DNA of 64,000 nucleotides from an uncultured Lachnospiraceae bacterium (GTDB lineage: Bacteria; Bacillota; Clostridia; Oscillospirales; CAG-272), in NCBI GenBank assembly GCA_964525525.1, contig CAZGHD010000001.1, positions 5,288 to 69,287 on the forward strand, read 5' to 3'. Each line of letters begins with the position of its first letter. The stretch's first letter is position 1. Both the position numbers and the translations under genes were made by a program. Under the pieces are notes generated by a model. It did no database searches. It was not told the DNA's origin and saw nothing but the letters and a program-made list of their open reading frames with translations. This document shows positions 1 through 9,628 of this stretch, piece by piece.

Positions 1-1040
1 AGGACTATTGCGCCGACCTGTCTGACACCGAAATATATAAGCATCTGACCGACAAAAATCTCGCGATCAAAAGCGGTGACGGAGTGTACGGTATCCCTTA
101 CGTTGTGGAAGGCTACGGAATAATATATAACGAGGAGATCACCGACAGATATTTCGCGCTCACCGATCGCGCGACCGACTTTTCGTCAATGGACGAGGTA
201 AACTCGTTTGACCGTCTCAAAGCACTTGTGGAGGATATGACGGCAAGAAAAGGCGAGCTCGGAATTGACGGTGTTTTCGCTTCCACTTCGCTTAAACCCG
301 GTGATGATTGGCGCTGGCAGACTCACCTTGCAAATCTGCCGATATACTATGAGTTTAAGGACAGAAATATAGACCTCACCAAGGACACCGCGTCTGATAT
401 AGAGTTCAGATATTCGCAAAACTATCAGAATATTTTCGATCTTTATATCAACAACTCGGTGACCGAGAAAAACATGCTCGGTACCAAGCAGGTAGCCGAT
501 TCGATGAGTGAATTTGCGCTCGGGCGCTGTGCCATGGTTCAGAACGGAACGTGGGCGTGGAATGAGATAAAGGACGTAAAGGGTAACACCGTATCGTCTG
601 ACAAGATAAAATTCCTGCCCATATATATTGGCGCAGAGGGTGAAGAAAATCAGGGACTTTGCGTAGGTACTGAAAATTATTTTGCGATAAATTCCGAAGT
701 ATCAGAGGAAAAGCAGAAGCTGTCTGCGGACTTCCTTATGTGGCTGTTCTCAAGCGAAACGGGTAAAAAATACGTTACCGAACAGCTTGGATTTAACGCG
801 CCTTTTGACACCTTCGGCGAAAACGAAAAGCCGAGTGATCCGCTCGCGCGTGAGGTAGTCAGATACCTTGAGAACGGTAAGGAAAACGTGGACTGGGTGT
901 TCACCGTATTCCCAAGCGCGACCTTTAAGGAGAATTTCGGTTCGTCTTTGCTCAAATACGCGCAGGGACAGACTGCCTTTGAGGATCTGAAAAATTCAGT
1001 CGTAGCAGACTGGAAAAAAGAAGCATCAACACTGAAATAA
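1..1040 (+). CDS. ABC transporter extracellular solute-binding protein (sugar type), 5-prime end cut by the window edge
   Basis: The frame of ORF 84..1040 stays open back to nt 3 (..GVYGIPYVVEGYGIIYN..). Two MalF/MalG-type permease genes and malQ follow. Confidence 0.8.
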   Translation, partial: DYCADLSDTEIYKHLTDKNLAIKSGDGVYGIPYVVEGYGIIYNEEITDRYFALTDRATDFSSMDEVNSFDRLKALVEDMTARKGELGIDGVFASTSLKPGDDWRWQTHLANLPIYYEFKDRNIDLTKDTASDIEFRYSQNYQNIFDLYINNSVTEKNMLGTKQVADSMSEFALGRCAMVQNGTWAWNEIKDVKGNTVSSDKIKFLPIYIGAEGEENQGLCVGTENYFAINSEVSEEKQKLSADFLMWLFSSETGKKYVTEQLGFNAPFDTFGENEKPSDPLAREVVRYLENGKENVDWVFTVFPSATFKENFGSSLLKYAQGQTAFEDLKNSVVADWKKEASTLK

Positions 1041-1064
1041 GAAAGCGAAAAGGGGGACACCGCG

Positions 1065-1910
1065 ATGGTACGGCATCTCAAAAAATATTTTCCGGTATTT
1101 CTGCTACCGGCGGCACTCGCTTTCGCGGTGTCTTTCCTCGTCCCGTTTTTGCTCGGTATCTATCTTTCGTTTACCGAGTTCAGGACGGTCACGAACGCCG
1201 AGTGGGTAGGTCTTGATAACTATATTGCCGCGTTTAACGATTCTTCCGGCTTTGTATCTGCTTTGTGGTTTACCGTAAAATTTACGGTGGTATCAACCGT
1301 AACCGTAAATCTTATTGCGTTTGCGCTTGCTCTCGCACTGACGAGAGGGCACAGGGGAACTAATATTTTCCGTACTGTGTTTTTTATGCCCAACCTCATC
1401 GGCGGAATAGTGCTCGGATATATCTGGCAGCTTATAATAAACGGAGTTTTGTCTTACTTTGGAGTGGACATAACCTTTTCCGCTTCGTACGGATTTTGGG
1501 GACTTGTGGTACTGACAAACTGGCAGCTTATCGGTTATATGATGATAATATATATCGCAGGTATAAACAATATCCCGACGTCGATAATCGAGGCGGCGAA
1601 AATAGACGGCGCGTCGCCCATCGGTATGCTCAGGTATATAACTCTGCCGTCGGTTATGCAGTCGATAACGATATGCCTGTTTCTCACCATAACCAATTCG
1701 TTTAAGCTGTTTGATCAGAATCTCGCGCTTACGGGGGGTGCTCCCGGCAGGGAAAGCTCTATGCTCGCGCTGGATATTTATAAGACGTTTTACGGCAGGA
1801 TAGGAGAGGAGGGCGTCGGACAGGCGAAGGCGGTTATCTTTTTCGTTATCGTGGCGCTGATAGCACTCGCACAGCTAAAGCTGACAAGCGGAGGTAAAAA
1901 AGGAAAATGA
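1065..1910 (+). CDS. Carbohydrate ABC transporter permease (MalF/UgpA-like)
   Basis: Multi-TM protein with an EAA-type loop (IEAAKIDGASPIGMLRYITLP). It sits 24 nt after the binding-protein gene. Confidence 0.9.
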   Translation: MVRHLKKYFPVFLLPAALAFAVSFLVPFLLGIYLSFTEFRTVTNAEWVGLDNYIAAFNDSSGFVSALWFTVKFTVVSTVTVNLIAFALALALTRGHRGTNIFRTVFFMPNLIGGIVLGYIWQLIINGVLSYFGVDITFSASYGFWGLVVLTNWQLIGYMMIIYIAGINNIPTSIIEAAKIDGASPIGMLRYITLPSVMQSITICLFLTITNSFKLFDQNLALTGGAPGRESSMLALDIYKTFYGRIGEEGVGQAKAVIFFVIVALIALAQLKLTSGGKKGK

Positions 1911-2743
1911 GGATCAAAAAACGTGTGATGCGCGCGGCGTTCTATATTTTTCTCACTTTTGCGGCGCTGGTGTTTATCGCCCCGATAATTATCGTTTTTA
2001 TGAACTCGTTCAAGGGTCAGTTTTTTATAACGGATGCACCGTTCACCTTGCCAAACAGTGAAACCTTTGTCGAACTTGAAAATTACACGAATGGAATCAG
2101 ACGAACGAATTTTATATCCTCGTTCGGGTATTCGCTTTTTATAACTCTTGCGTCGGTTTTGGCAATAGTGCTTTTTTGCTCAATGGCGGCGTGGTTTTTG
2201 GCAAGGGTGAAAAACAGTATAACGCGAACGGTTTACTACGCCTTCGTTTTCAGCATGATAGTGCCGTTTCAGATGGTAATGTTTACTATGTCAAAGGTGG
2301 CGAATATCCTGCGTCTGGATAACCCCCTCGGTATTGTGTTTATCTATCTCGGATTCGGCGCGGGACTGTCGATATTTATGTTTTACGGATTTGCAAGCGG
2401 TATTCCTACCGAGATCGAAGAAGCCGCTACAATAGACGGATGTTCGCCGATAACGATGTTCTTCAGGGTTATCTTTCCGATACTGCGCCCTATCGCAACG
2501 ACGGTTGCTATTCTTAATACCATGTGGATATGGAACGACTATCTGCTCCCTTATCTCGTGATAGGAAACAGCTATAAAACCATTCCGATAGCAGTTCAGT
2601 ACCTTGAGGGCGGATACGGCTCGCGCGATATGGGAGCCTTGATGGCACTGCTAGTGTTATCCGTTATCCCGATAATAATATTCTACCTCGCCGCGCAAAA
2701 GCAGATAGTCAAAGGTGTGGTCGCAGGTGCCGTAAAAGGTTGA
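1907..2743 (+). CDS. Carbohydrate ABC transporter permease (MalG/UgpE-like)
   Basis: EAA loop (IEEAATIDGCSPITMFFRVIFP). Its start overlaps the upstream stop as ATGA. Confidence 0.9.
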   Translation: MRIKKRVMRAAFYIFLTFAALVFIAPIIIVFMNSFKGQFFITDAPFTLPNSETFVELENYTNGIRRTNFISSFGYSLFITLASVLAIVLFCSMAAWFLARVKNSITRTVYYAFVFSMIVPFQMVMFTMSKVANILRLDNPLGIVFIYLGFGAGLSIFMFYGFASGIPTEIEEAATIDGCSPITMFFRVIFPILRPIATTVAILNTMWIWNDYLLPYLVIGNSYKTIPIAVQYLEGGYGSRDMGALMALLVLSVIPIIIFYLAAQKQIVKGVVAGAVKG

Positions 2744-2831
2744 TATGCATTATAGTAATATATAACTTTTTAGTGCGTAATGGCATATCTCGTATAAACA
2801 GGTAAAAATTATTTTTATAAGGAGAAACAAA

Positions 2832-4298
2832 ATGAGAAAAGCCGGGATTTTAATGCATGTCAGCTCACTTCCGTCACCGTACGGGATAGGAACGCTCGGA
2901 AAAACTGCTCACGAGTTTGCGGAGTTTTTACACAGGGCGGGCTTTTCTCTGTGGCAGATATTGCCGATAGGACCGACGGGGTATGGAGATTCGCCGTATC
3001 AGTCCTTTTCTTCGCACGCAGGAAATCCGTATTTTATAGACCCTGACAGACTTGTGGCGGACGGACTTCTCACCCACTCGGAGTGCGCGGGTTTTAATTT
3101 TGGACGCACCTCCGACTCAGTGGATTACGGTGCTCTTTATGAAAACAGATTCAAGCTTTTGAAGCTTGCCGCGCCGAGATTTTTCTCAGCTGAGCCCGAG
3201 TCGTTTTCCGCGTTTTGTGAAAATAACTCAAACTGGCTTGACGATTACGCGCTGTTTTCTGTTATCAAAGAGAAAAACGGTCAAAAGCCTTGGCAGGAAT
3301 GGGAAGAACCGCTCAAAAACCGCGATGACAAGGCACTGACTCGTACGGAGGAGGAGTATGCGGACGACATAAGATTTTATAAAATGCTCCAGTACCTTTT
3401 CTATTCGCAGTGGAAAGACCTGCGTGACCACTGCCGCGCGCTCGGAATATCAATTATAGGCGACCTTCCGATATACGCCGCGGCTGACAGCGCGGACACT
3501 TGGGCGCACCCCGAGTATTTTTCGTTTGACGAGTCGCTGTCTCAGACGCTTGCGGCGGGATGCCCGCCTGACAGCTTTTCAAAGGACGGACAGTACTGGG
3601 GCAACCCTACCTACGATTGGGACGCTATACGTGCGGACGGGTACAGATTTTGGATAGACCGTCTGTCCACCGCGTTGTCTACCTTTGATTACGTTCGAAT
3701 AGATCATTTTCGCGCGTTTGACGAGTATTACGCGATACCCGCAAATTCCCATCCCGCGGACGGTAGCTGGATGCGCGGCCCGGGACGTGAATTTTTCGAT
3801 TTTATGCGCGCGGAGTTTGACGACCTGCCGATAATCGCGGAGGATCTCGGATTTATAACCGATTCGGTGCGGGATCTTCTGAGATACACCGATTTCCCCG
3901 GCATGAGGGTGCTTCAGTTCGGGTTTTACGATGGAGCCGAGGAACATCTGCCGTATAACTACCCGTCAAACAGCGTGGCGTACACCGGTACTCACGATAA
4001 CGCGACGTTAAAAGAGTTTTTTGATACCCTTTCGGACAGGGAGAGGGAGTTTGCGTACTCTTATTTTGATGCAAAAGACCCCGATGCGGCAACTGCGCGC
4101 GCCGTAAGAGATATTATCGCGTCTCCTTCCTGCTTTGCCGTTGTTCCGATGCAGGATATTCTTTCTCTCGGCGGCGAGGCGAGGATGAACACCCCGTCTG
4201 TTGCATCCGGCAACTGGCGGTGGCGGATGACGCATATCCCTGACGCGGTGACGGAAAAGAGGCTGTCAGATATGTGCCGTGTTTACGGCAGGCGGTGA
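2832..4298 (+). CDS. malQ: 4-alpha-glucanotransferase (amylomaltase, GH77)
   Basis: N-terminus AGILMHVSSLPSPYGIGTLG, plus DHFRAF and IAEDLG catalytic-region motifs typical of MalQ. RBS is AGGAGAAACAAAATG. Confidence 0.9.
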   Translation: MRKAGILMHVSSLPSPYGIGTLGKTAHEFAEFLHRAGFSLWQILPIGPTGYGDSPYQSFSSHAGNPYFIDPDRLVADGLLTHSECAGFNFGRTSDSVDYGALYENRFKLLKLAAPRFFSAEPESFSAFCENNSNWLDDYALFSVIKEKNGQKPWQEWEEPLKNRDDKALTRTEEEYADDIRFYKMLQYLFYSQWKDLRDHCRALGISIIGDLPIYAAADSADTWAHPEYFSFDESLSQTLAAGCPPDSFSKDGQYWGNPTYDWDAIRADGYRFWIDRLSTALSTFDYVRIDHFRAFDEYYAIPANSHPADGSWMRGPGREFFDFMRAEFDDLPIIAEDLGFITDSVRDLLRYTDFPGMRVLQFGFYDGAEEHLPYNYPSNSVAYTGTHDNATLKEFFDTLSDREREFAYSYFDAKDPDAATARAVRDIIASPSCFAVVPMQDILSLGGEARMNTPSVASGNWRWRMTHIPDAVTEKRLSDMCRVYGRR

Positions 4299-4388
4299 AC
4301 GTTTTCTCAAAATTTGACAATCCTTTCTTTTTATGATATAATCTGTGGGATAGAAATGAAAGGATAGGCTTTAGCCGACGACCGTTTT

Positions 4389-5894
4389 ATGAAGAATAAA
4401 AGCTTTGTCCGAAGCTTGGCACTTCTCATCATTCTTGCCTCGATTTTGCAATCAGTCAGCTTCGAGATTTTCGCGTCCGCGCCGACTATCGGCTCTGACG
4501 TCTCGGATATATCACAGGACAGTATTACCGAAAGTCTTCGCCCGAGCGAGGGCATTTACCGTATCAGAAACGCAAAAACGTCTGCGTATCTGACCGCATC
4601 TGACAGCGTTTGCACCCTTTCAGAATACTCGGAGGACGGGTATCAGATATTCGTTTTGAAAAAATTGTCTTCCGCTATATTTTCTCTCGTGCAGGAAAGC
4701 GGCGGCGGTGCTCTTGCCGTATCCGAGTCCTATGCCGTAATGTCTGACACTACGGACACAAACTGCAGACTTCTCATTACCCGTCAGGATGACGGAAGTT
4801 ACAGGATCTCTCCCGCCGGCGAGGGACTTACAGACTTGTCGCTTACCGCGGCGGAAAGCCTCGGATTCAGTGAATATACAGGCGACTCAAGTCAGAAGTG
4901 GTATCTTGAGAGCATACCGATCTCGTCAATATCTTTTGACCGAGAGGAGCTTACCCTGACGGTTGGCAGAAGTGCCTCTCTCAAGATCTCTACCTATCCC
5001 GCATCTACCGATGCGGAGATAGCCTTCGTTTCAAGTGACACGGAGGTAGCGGTAGTTAATGAAAACGGTATCGTTACCGCGCAGAAAAACGGTACCGCGG
5101 TTATAACCGCGATATACGGAGAATTGCGCGCCGAGTGTGTTCTTACCGTATCGGAGATCAAAGCGGAGACCTTTTACAGCCAGCACAACATAACTCAAGG
5201 CGGTGGATGGGACGGTTCACAGCTTACTTCACTTAGATTTTCCGGCAAGTATTTTGCAAAAGATTATTTCACGGGCACGTCCGACTGGATGGACGAGGGG
5301 TGCAATACCTGCAGCTTTGCTATGATCCTCAAAAATCTCGGTGCTACTCTTGATGAAGGTTACGATTTCCGCACGGGGAAAACCGACGATCTTGAGCCTG
5401 ACCCGTACACGGTCGCGCTCGCAAATTCGGGCAATCACGGAGCTACCGGGAAATACGACAGACTCTGGGGTAATCCCGTTGCGATAGATATGCCTAAGCT
5501 GCTGTCAAGATTTTCTGTCGGCGGTTCTCCCGTTGCCGCTACCGTAAAGCGCGGTGCTATTACCAGAAAACAGATAAAAGAAGCGCTTGACGAGCATCCC
5601 GAGGGCGTTATCGTAGAGGTTTACTTATCCGAGGAATATCGCCACTTTCTCGTGTTTACCGAGTGCATAAACCCGGACGACGATCCGAGATATTACGACT
5701 TTATCGTGTGCGATCCCTCCGCGTTCGAGCGCGGACTCGGAGACCACGTTCCGTTTACGCAGAGTACGTCCTATCTTACCATAGGATACCGTTACAGTAA
5801 CATAGTAAGCCTGCGCTGGATAAACGTACTGTCCTCTTTTGATTACTCGGGCAGTCTGCGCCAAAATAAAATATCAGACTCGCGTCTTAAATAA
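4389..5894 (+). CDS. Secreted multidomain protein: signal peptide, ricin-type lectin-like region (QKWYLE), Big_2-like Ig domain, C-terminal Cys/His peptidase-like domain
   Basis: Hydrophobic N-terminus. Big_2-like stretch LTLTVGRSASLKIS..NGIVTAQKNGTAVITA. Motif DEGCNTCSFAMIL followed by YRHFLVF resembles C39-like cysteine peptidase folds. Domain calls are from memory of the families. Confidence 0.55.
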   Translation: MKNKSFVRSLALLIILASILQSVSFEIFASAPTIGSDVSDISQDSITESLRPSEGIYRIRNAKTSAYLTASDSVCTLSEYSEDGYQIFVLKKLSSAIFSLVQESGGGALAVSESYAVMSDTTDTNCRLLITRQDDGSYRISPAGEGLTDLSLTAAESLGFSEYTGDSSQKWYLESIPISSISFDREELTLTVGRSASLKISTYPASTDAEIAFVSSDTEVAVVNENGIVTAQKNGTAVITAIYGELRAECVLTVSEIKAETFYSQHNITQGGGWDGSQLTSLRFSGKYFAKDYFTGTSDWMDEGCNTCSFAMILKNLGATLDEGYDFRTGKTDDLEPDPYTVALANSGNHGATGKYDRLWGNPVAIDMPKLLSRFSVGGSPVAATVKRGAITRKQIKEALDEHPEGVIVEVYLSEEYRHFLVFTECINPDDDPRYYDFIVCDPSAFERGLGDHVPFTQSTSYLTIGYRYSNIVSLRWINVLSSFDYSGSLRQNKISDSRLK

Positions 5895-5896
5895 AA

Positions 5897-5920
5897 AATT
5901 CCCTGCCGGAGCAGGGAATT
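5897..5920. terminator. Bidirectional intrinsic terminator between convergent genes
   Basis: 10-bp stem AATTCCCTGC/GCAGGGAATT with a 4-nt loop, flanked by an A-run on one side and a T-run on the other. Confidence 0.7.
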
Positions 5921-5931
5921 TTTTATTTAGA

Positions 5932-6030
5932 TCAGTTTCCGCATACGCAGCAGAAAACTAAAAGCAAAGCGATGATAATGAGCCAAGTAGAATTGTTGTC
6001 ATCGAAAAGATTGCACAGGCAGTTGTTCAT
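5932..6030 (-). CDS. Unlisted 32-aa Cys-rich hydrophobic peptide (MNNCLCNLFDDNNSTWLIIIALLLVFCCVCGN)
   Basis: Hand-translated. It is below the ORF-track size cutoff. The ATG is preceded by GGGAGGACATTTGAGGT, and it is the last gene of a same-strand run of small membrane proteins. Confidence 0.45.
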   Translation of the reverse strand: MNNCLCNLFDDNNSTWLIIIALLLVFCCVCGN

Positions 6031-6121
6031 ACCTCAAATGTCCTCCCTTCATTTCACGCTATGCAGGAGTACTTTCGCCCTCCTGTTATTATAGTATGAA
6101 CGGGTGGATTTTTTGTTACAG

Positions 6122-6628
6122 TTAATTATCGGTATAAAGATTTCCGTCCTCAAAATATTCTTTGTTTACACCGTCAAGCAGGTCAAGATATTCACAGCAT
6201 CTGCGGGAGAGCAGAATATAAAGCATTGTACCGATCTGAATAACGCATACCGAAACGAGCGAAACGAGATAAACCGTGTAAAGTACGCCGCTGCCGATAT
6301 GCGCGCCGCCCTTGAAGTTAAAGTCAAGCCACAGTGCGACAAGGGAATACACGCCGCAAAGCGATCCCAAAATAGCGAAGAATTTCACGCCCTGCGCTAT
6401 CATTACCGCAAACAGCGCGCTGAGGATTACGAGAATGTAGTTCATCAAACAGTCTATACGCATACTCTTAACCGAAGCAACGTAAAAGGTCTGAATCACG
6501 GCGGGAAGGATACGGAGCACTACGAAAGAAATGAGAAGAATGAACATCACTCTTTCGGTGCGCTGCATTTCCGGGCTTTTTTCAAGCTGGGAGTCAATAA
6601 GCGCCGCCTTTTCTTTTCTTGATCTCAT
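6122..6628 (-). CDS. Integral membrane protein, unknown function (about 4 TM)
   Basis: Hydrophobic helices in the translation. The opposite-strand ORF 6104..6622 is Lys/Arg/Asn-rich and looks like a shadow ORF. Confidence 0.6.
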   Translation of the reverse strand: MRSRKEKAALIDSQLEKSPEMQRTERVMFILLISFVVLRILPAVIQTFYVASVKSMRIDCLMNYILVILSALFAVMIAQGVKFFAILGSLCGVYSLVALWLDFNFKGGAHIGSGVLYTVYLVSLVSVCVIQIGTMLYILLSRRCCEYLDLLDGVNKEYFEDGNLYTDN

Positions 6629-6660
6629 ATTCCTCCTCCTTTCTGCCGAGATGAGTAAAA

Positions 6661-6891
6661 TCAGTTAATACGTCCGAAAAAGTAGAGCAATGCGACCGCG
6701 ATACCTGCCACGCTGTAAGTGCAGACTATTACGTCAAGCAATAATACGATCGACGAAACGTAAGGGATAGCGGAAGCGCAGCCGCCGATTATCGCGACGA
6801 AAATAGGTATGAAGAGATACGCCAGTATAATCAAAACAAGGAAAAATACGTTACGAGCTTTATAGCTAACGGGGAAAAGTTCTTCAAGCAT
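6661..6891 (-). CDS. Small membrane protein (2 TM), unknown function
   Basis: 76 aa with two long hydrophobic segments, 32 nt upstream of the next same-strand gene. Confidence 0.5.
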   Translation of the reverse strand: MLEELFPVSYKARNVFFLVLIILAYLFIPIFVAIIGGCASAIPYVSSIVLLLDVIVCTYSVAGIAVALLYFFGRIN

Positions 6892-6982
6892 GACCGCGTC
6901 TCCAATCCTTTTGTTTGTTACAGTATAACACCAATATGTGTCGAATGTGTGTATTTTTTAATAAATCAAAGTGTGCGAAACG

Positions 6983-7573
6983 TTATTTCTTTTTTCGCTC
7001 TGCCGCCGTAAAATCCCAATCGGACAGCTCGTCGTCTGTGACGAGGAAGGCTTTTTTGGATATTTTCGCGAGCGGTGTGTCTGAATACGAGTCTGAATAG
7101 AACTCGTCTATCTCCGCATTGCCAAACTCTTCTCTGAAGCGGGCTACCTTTTCTTCTCCGTAGCAGTTTTCGCCGGTGTATTTGCCGCTTTTTTTGTCAA
7201 CACGGGAAGCGATAAGATGTTTTATTCCGAGCGCATCGCACGCGGGGCGCAGTAAAAATTCGGGCGAGGCGGAGATTACCACGTCATCCTCTCGGTGGAT
7301 GTCTTTATAGAGCTGTTTTACGTCGTCCATATTACCGCGCCAGAATTCGGCAACGTATGCGTCTATATCCTTGATGCCGCGGAAAAATCGGTAAAAACGC
7401 TCCTTAAAAGCGGTCTTTTTTATAAAACCGAGCGTGAATCTCGCAAAGTGAAATCCCTGCGCGGGCAGATACCTTAACAGCAGAGGATTTTTTCTGATAC
7501 AGAAAAAGTAAAATTTAGCTGTGCTGTCGTGATATGAAATGGTTTTGTCAAAATCGTATACGTTCAAAATCAA
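6983..7573 (-). CDS. HAD-superfamily hydrolase, subfamily IB-like
   Basis: N-terminal DFDKT nucleophile motif (MILNVYDFDKTI) and a C-terminal SDSYSD motif. Confidence 0.75.
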   Translation of the reverse strand: MILNVYDFDKTISYHDSTAKFYFFCIRKNPLLLRYLPAQGFHFARFTLGFIKKTAFKERFYRFFRGIKDIDAYVAEFWRGNMDDVKQLYKDIHREDDVVISASPEFLLRPACDALGIKHLIASRVDKKSGKYTGENCYGEEKVARFREEFGNAEIDEFYSDSYSDTPLAKISKKAFLVTDDELSDWDFTAAERKKK

Positions 7574-7590
7574 GCTCCTTGAAAATTAAT

Positions 7591-9594
7591 TTAACTTCCT
7601 TGAGTACTTACCCGGCTGATTATGTGATCCTGCATTTCGGTGCAGAGATCGACGAATCTCGCGCTGTAACCCCAGACACGGACGATCAGATCGGCGTGAG
7701 AGTCGGGATCTTTTTGCGCCGCTTTGAGTTCTTCTACGTCGTAGGCGGCGATGTTGAACATCGAAAGTCCTTTTTCGATTCCGGCATCAACCAGGGTTTC
7801 CATTACAGTCATTTGCTGTTCTCTTGGGAGATTGAGCATTTTCGGAATGGAGATATGTACCGCCGCAACTCCGAATGCGCGGCCGAGATCAGCCTTGCCA
7901 ATGGAGTTAATAAGTGCCGTCGGACCGTTTAACGCGCGGCCGGGAGTAGCGCAGTAATGCTCGGCTATGGGATCCTTCCACTTGCGTCCGTCAGGCGTTG
8001 CCCAGGTGCCGTAAGCCTCCTGCAAAAACAGCCAGCCGACAAGCGACGGCCATATCAGGATACCGTTATCGCGGCTGAATTCTTCAAGCCAGTCGCAGAA
8101 ATTTTTCGCAATATCTGCGGCGATAAGATCGACCTCGTCAATATCGTTTCCGAATTTAGGTGCGGCAAGAAGGGCAGAGCGAATCTCGTCGTGTCCTTCA
8201 AAGTTTGCCGCGAGAGCATCCATAACCTCGGTCATCGTGTATTTTTTGTCGTCGTAAACGACCTTTTTGATAGCCGCTATCCCGTCAGCGACGGTGGGGA
8301 TAGAGCCGGAGAATATCTGATAACACTCAACCGGCATTCCGCGAATCATATCGCGTCCGCTGTCAAGCACGAAATCAAACGTACCGTTTAAGATAAACGA
8401 GCCGTGTTCTTTTACTCTGTATTCGTGGCGTAATTTAAGGCCTTCACAGCATTGGAGCGCCTGATATTTGTATTGCGAGAGAAATACGTTATAGAATTCA
8501 TCAAAGGTTTTGCATTCGGTGACGTCTCCGCTTTCAAATCCGAGAGATGCGTCGGGGCGATGTATTGACGGCTGATTGTCTTTGTGCCAGTATCGAACGC
8601 CTTGATCTTCCGGGCGGTCAAACAATTTACCGTTGTTCATAGTGATCTCAAGAGTGGATACTGCGTCTATATGATCGAAGTTTATCATACTTCCGCCGTC
8701 GATAATTATCTCGGTACATCCGTCGTTTGTGTAACGGCAAGCCCAATTTTCTGGGATTCCCGCTTTAACGAGCGCAGGGATGATTATCTCGTCGTTATAT
8801 ACCGTTGCCTGGCCGTGTCCGAGGAGCTGAACTTCAAACGCTTTTTCTCTCAGTTCGGCAGGCATATTTTTGTGGAAACGCACGTTCATATGAGGCTCGG
8901 GCATTTTTACGCGGCGGGTAGCCTCAAGCATAAGAACAGAAAGGCGGTTTGACGCATCGCTTCCGTCCTCGTTTCTTCCGCCGACCATCACGTTGATAAG
9001 AGTATCTCCTGTACCGCAGGTGTTAAGACGCTCCCAAAGATCGCAAAGAATATCCTGCGCTTCGTCTTCGGTGATAATGCCGTTTTTCACGTCGTTCTCG
9101 TAAAAACCGCCGAGCGCGACGTCAAGACGGCCGATGCACGAGGTACCGAACACGTTACGCAGACGCCACATAAGATAGAAAAGCTGTACCGCTTGTTCAA
9201 AGGTTTCGGGCTTTCCATCGGCTATTGCCGCCATATTTTTACGCATACGCAGAAGTCGCGCGTCGTCACTGTTCGTGATCATTTCGTCTAACTGCGCGAC
9301 CGTCCTTTTGAAAAAATCTGCTATCTCAAGATACACCTCGCCGAGAAGAGTGAGAAATTCCTTTTCTTCTTCGCCCGCGCTTTCCGCGTTTTTGAACGCC
9401 TTTTCGGCGATGCCTTTAACTCCGTATTTATAAAACGCATCGCCCATAGGGAAGTGGAGGTTATCGTTAGGACCGAAATACACGGGATGCCCGTGCATCG
9501 GAATGCCGACGATGCACCCCTTTTCGGGAATTTCAGCGATGATGGCGCGTGTCAGCGCATTACAGTCTCTTGCTATATCTTGGTAAGCTGACAT
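7591..9594 (-). CDS. Glycyl radical enzyme (PFL-like fold), short 667-aa form, eliminase-type Cys loop
   Basis: C-terminal glycyl radical motif RVWGYSARF (Gly codon at 7669-7671). Cys loop NDGCTEI (Cys codon at 8716-8718). Other conserved GRE blocks are IGRLD, ATPDGR and GPTALINS. Confidence 0.85.
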   Translation of the reverse strand: MSAYQDIARDCNALTRAIIAEIPEKGCIVGIPMHGHPVYFGPNDNLHFPMGDAFYKYGVKGIAEKAFKNAESAGEEEKEFLTLLGEVYLEIADFFKRTVAQLDEMITNSDDARLLRMRKNMAAIADGKPETFEQAVQLFYLMWRLRNVFGTSCIGRLDVALGGFYENDVKNGIITEDEAQDILCDLWERLNTCGTGDTLINVMVGGRNEDGSDASNRLSVLMLEATRRVKMPEPHMNVRFHKNMPAELREKAFEVQLLGHGQATVYNDEIIIPALVKAGIPENWACRYTNDGCTEIIIDGGSMINFDHIDAVSTLEITMNNGKLFDRPEDQGVRYWHKDNQPSIHRPDASLGFESGDVTECKTFDEFYNVFLSQYKYQALQCCEGLKLRHEYRVKEHGSFILNGTFDFVLDSGRDMIRGMPVECYQIFSGSIPTVADGIAAIKKVVYDDKKYTMTEVMDALAANFEGHDEIRSALLAAPKFGNDIDEVDLIAADIAKNFCDWLEEFSRDNGILIWPSLVGWLFLQEAYGTWATPDGRKWKDPIAEHYCATPGRALNGPTALINSIGKADLGRAFGVAAVHISIPKMLNLPREQQMTVMETLVDAGIEKGLSMFNIAAYDVEELKAAQKDPDSHADLIVRVWGYSARFVDLCTEMQDHIISRVSTQGS

Positions 9595-9628
9595 AATAGT
9601 CCCTTCCTTTACAAGCGGTTAATGGTGA

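Noticed and set aside
6104-6622. 172-aa plus-strand ORF opposite the 168-aa membrane protein gene
   Set aside because: Its translation is Lys/Arg/Asn/His-rich and low in complexity, and it has no RBS. The minus-strand product has clean TM helices and operon context, so this is treated as a shadow ORF. The same reasoning applies to most antisense ORFs in the track, for example 7534..7932, 10351..10869, 12859..13545, 16538..17149, 37467..37982, 46467..47330 and 49577..50266.
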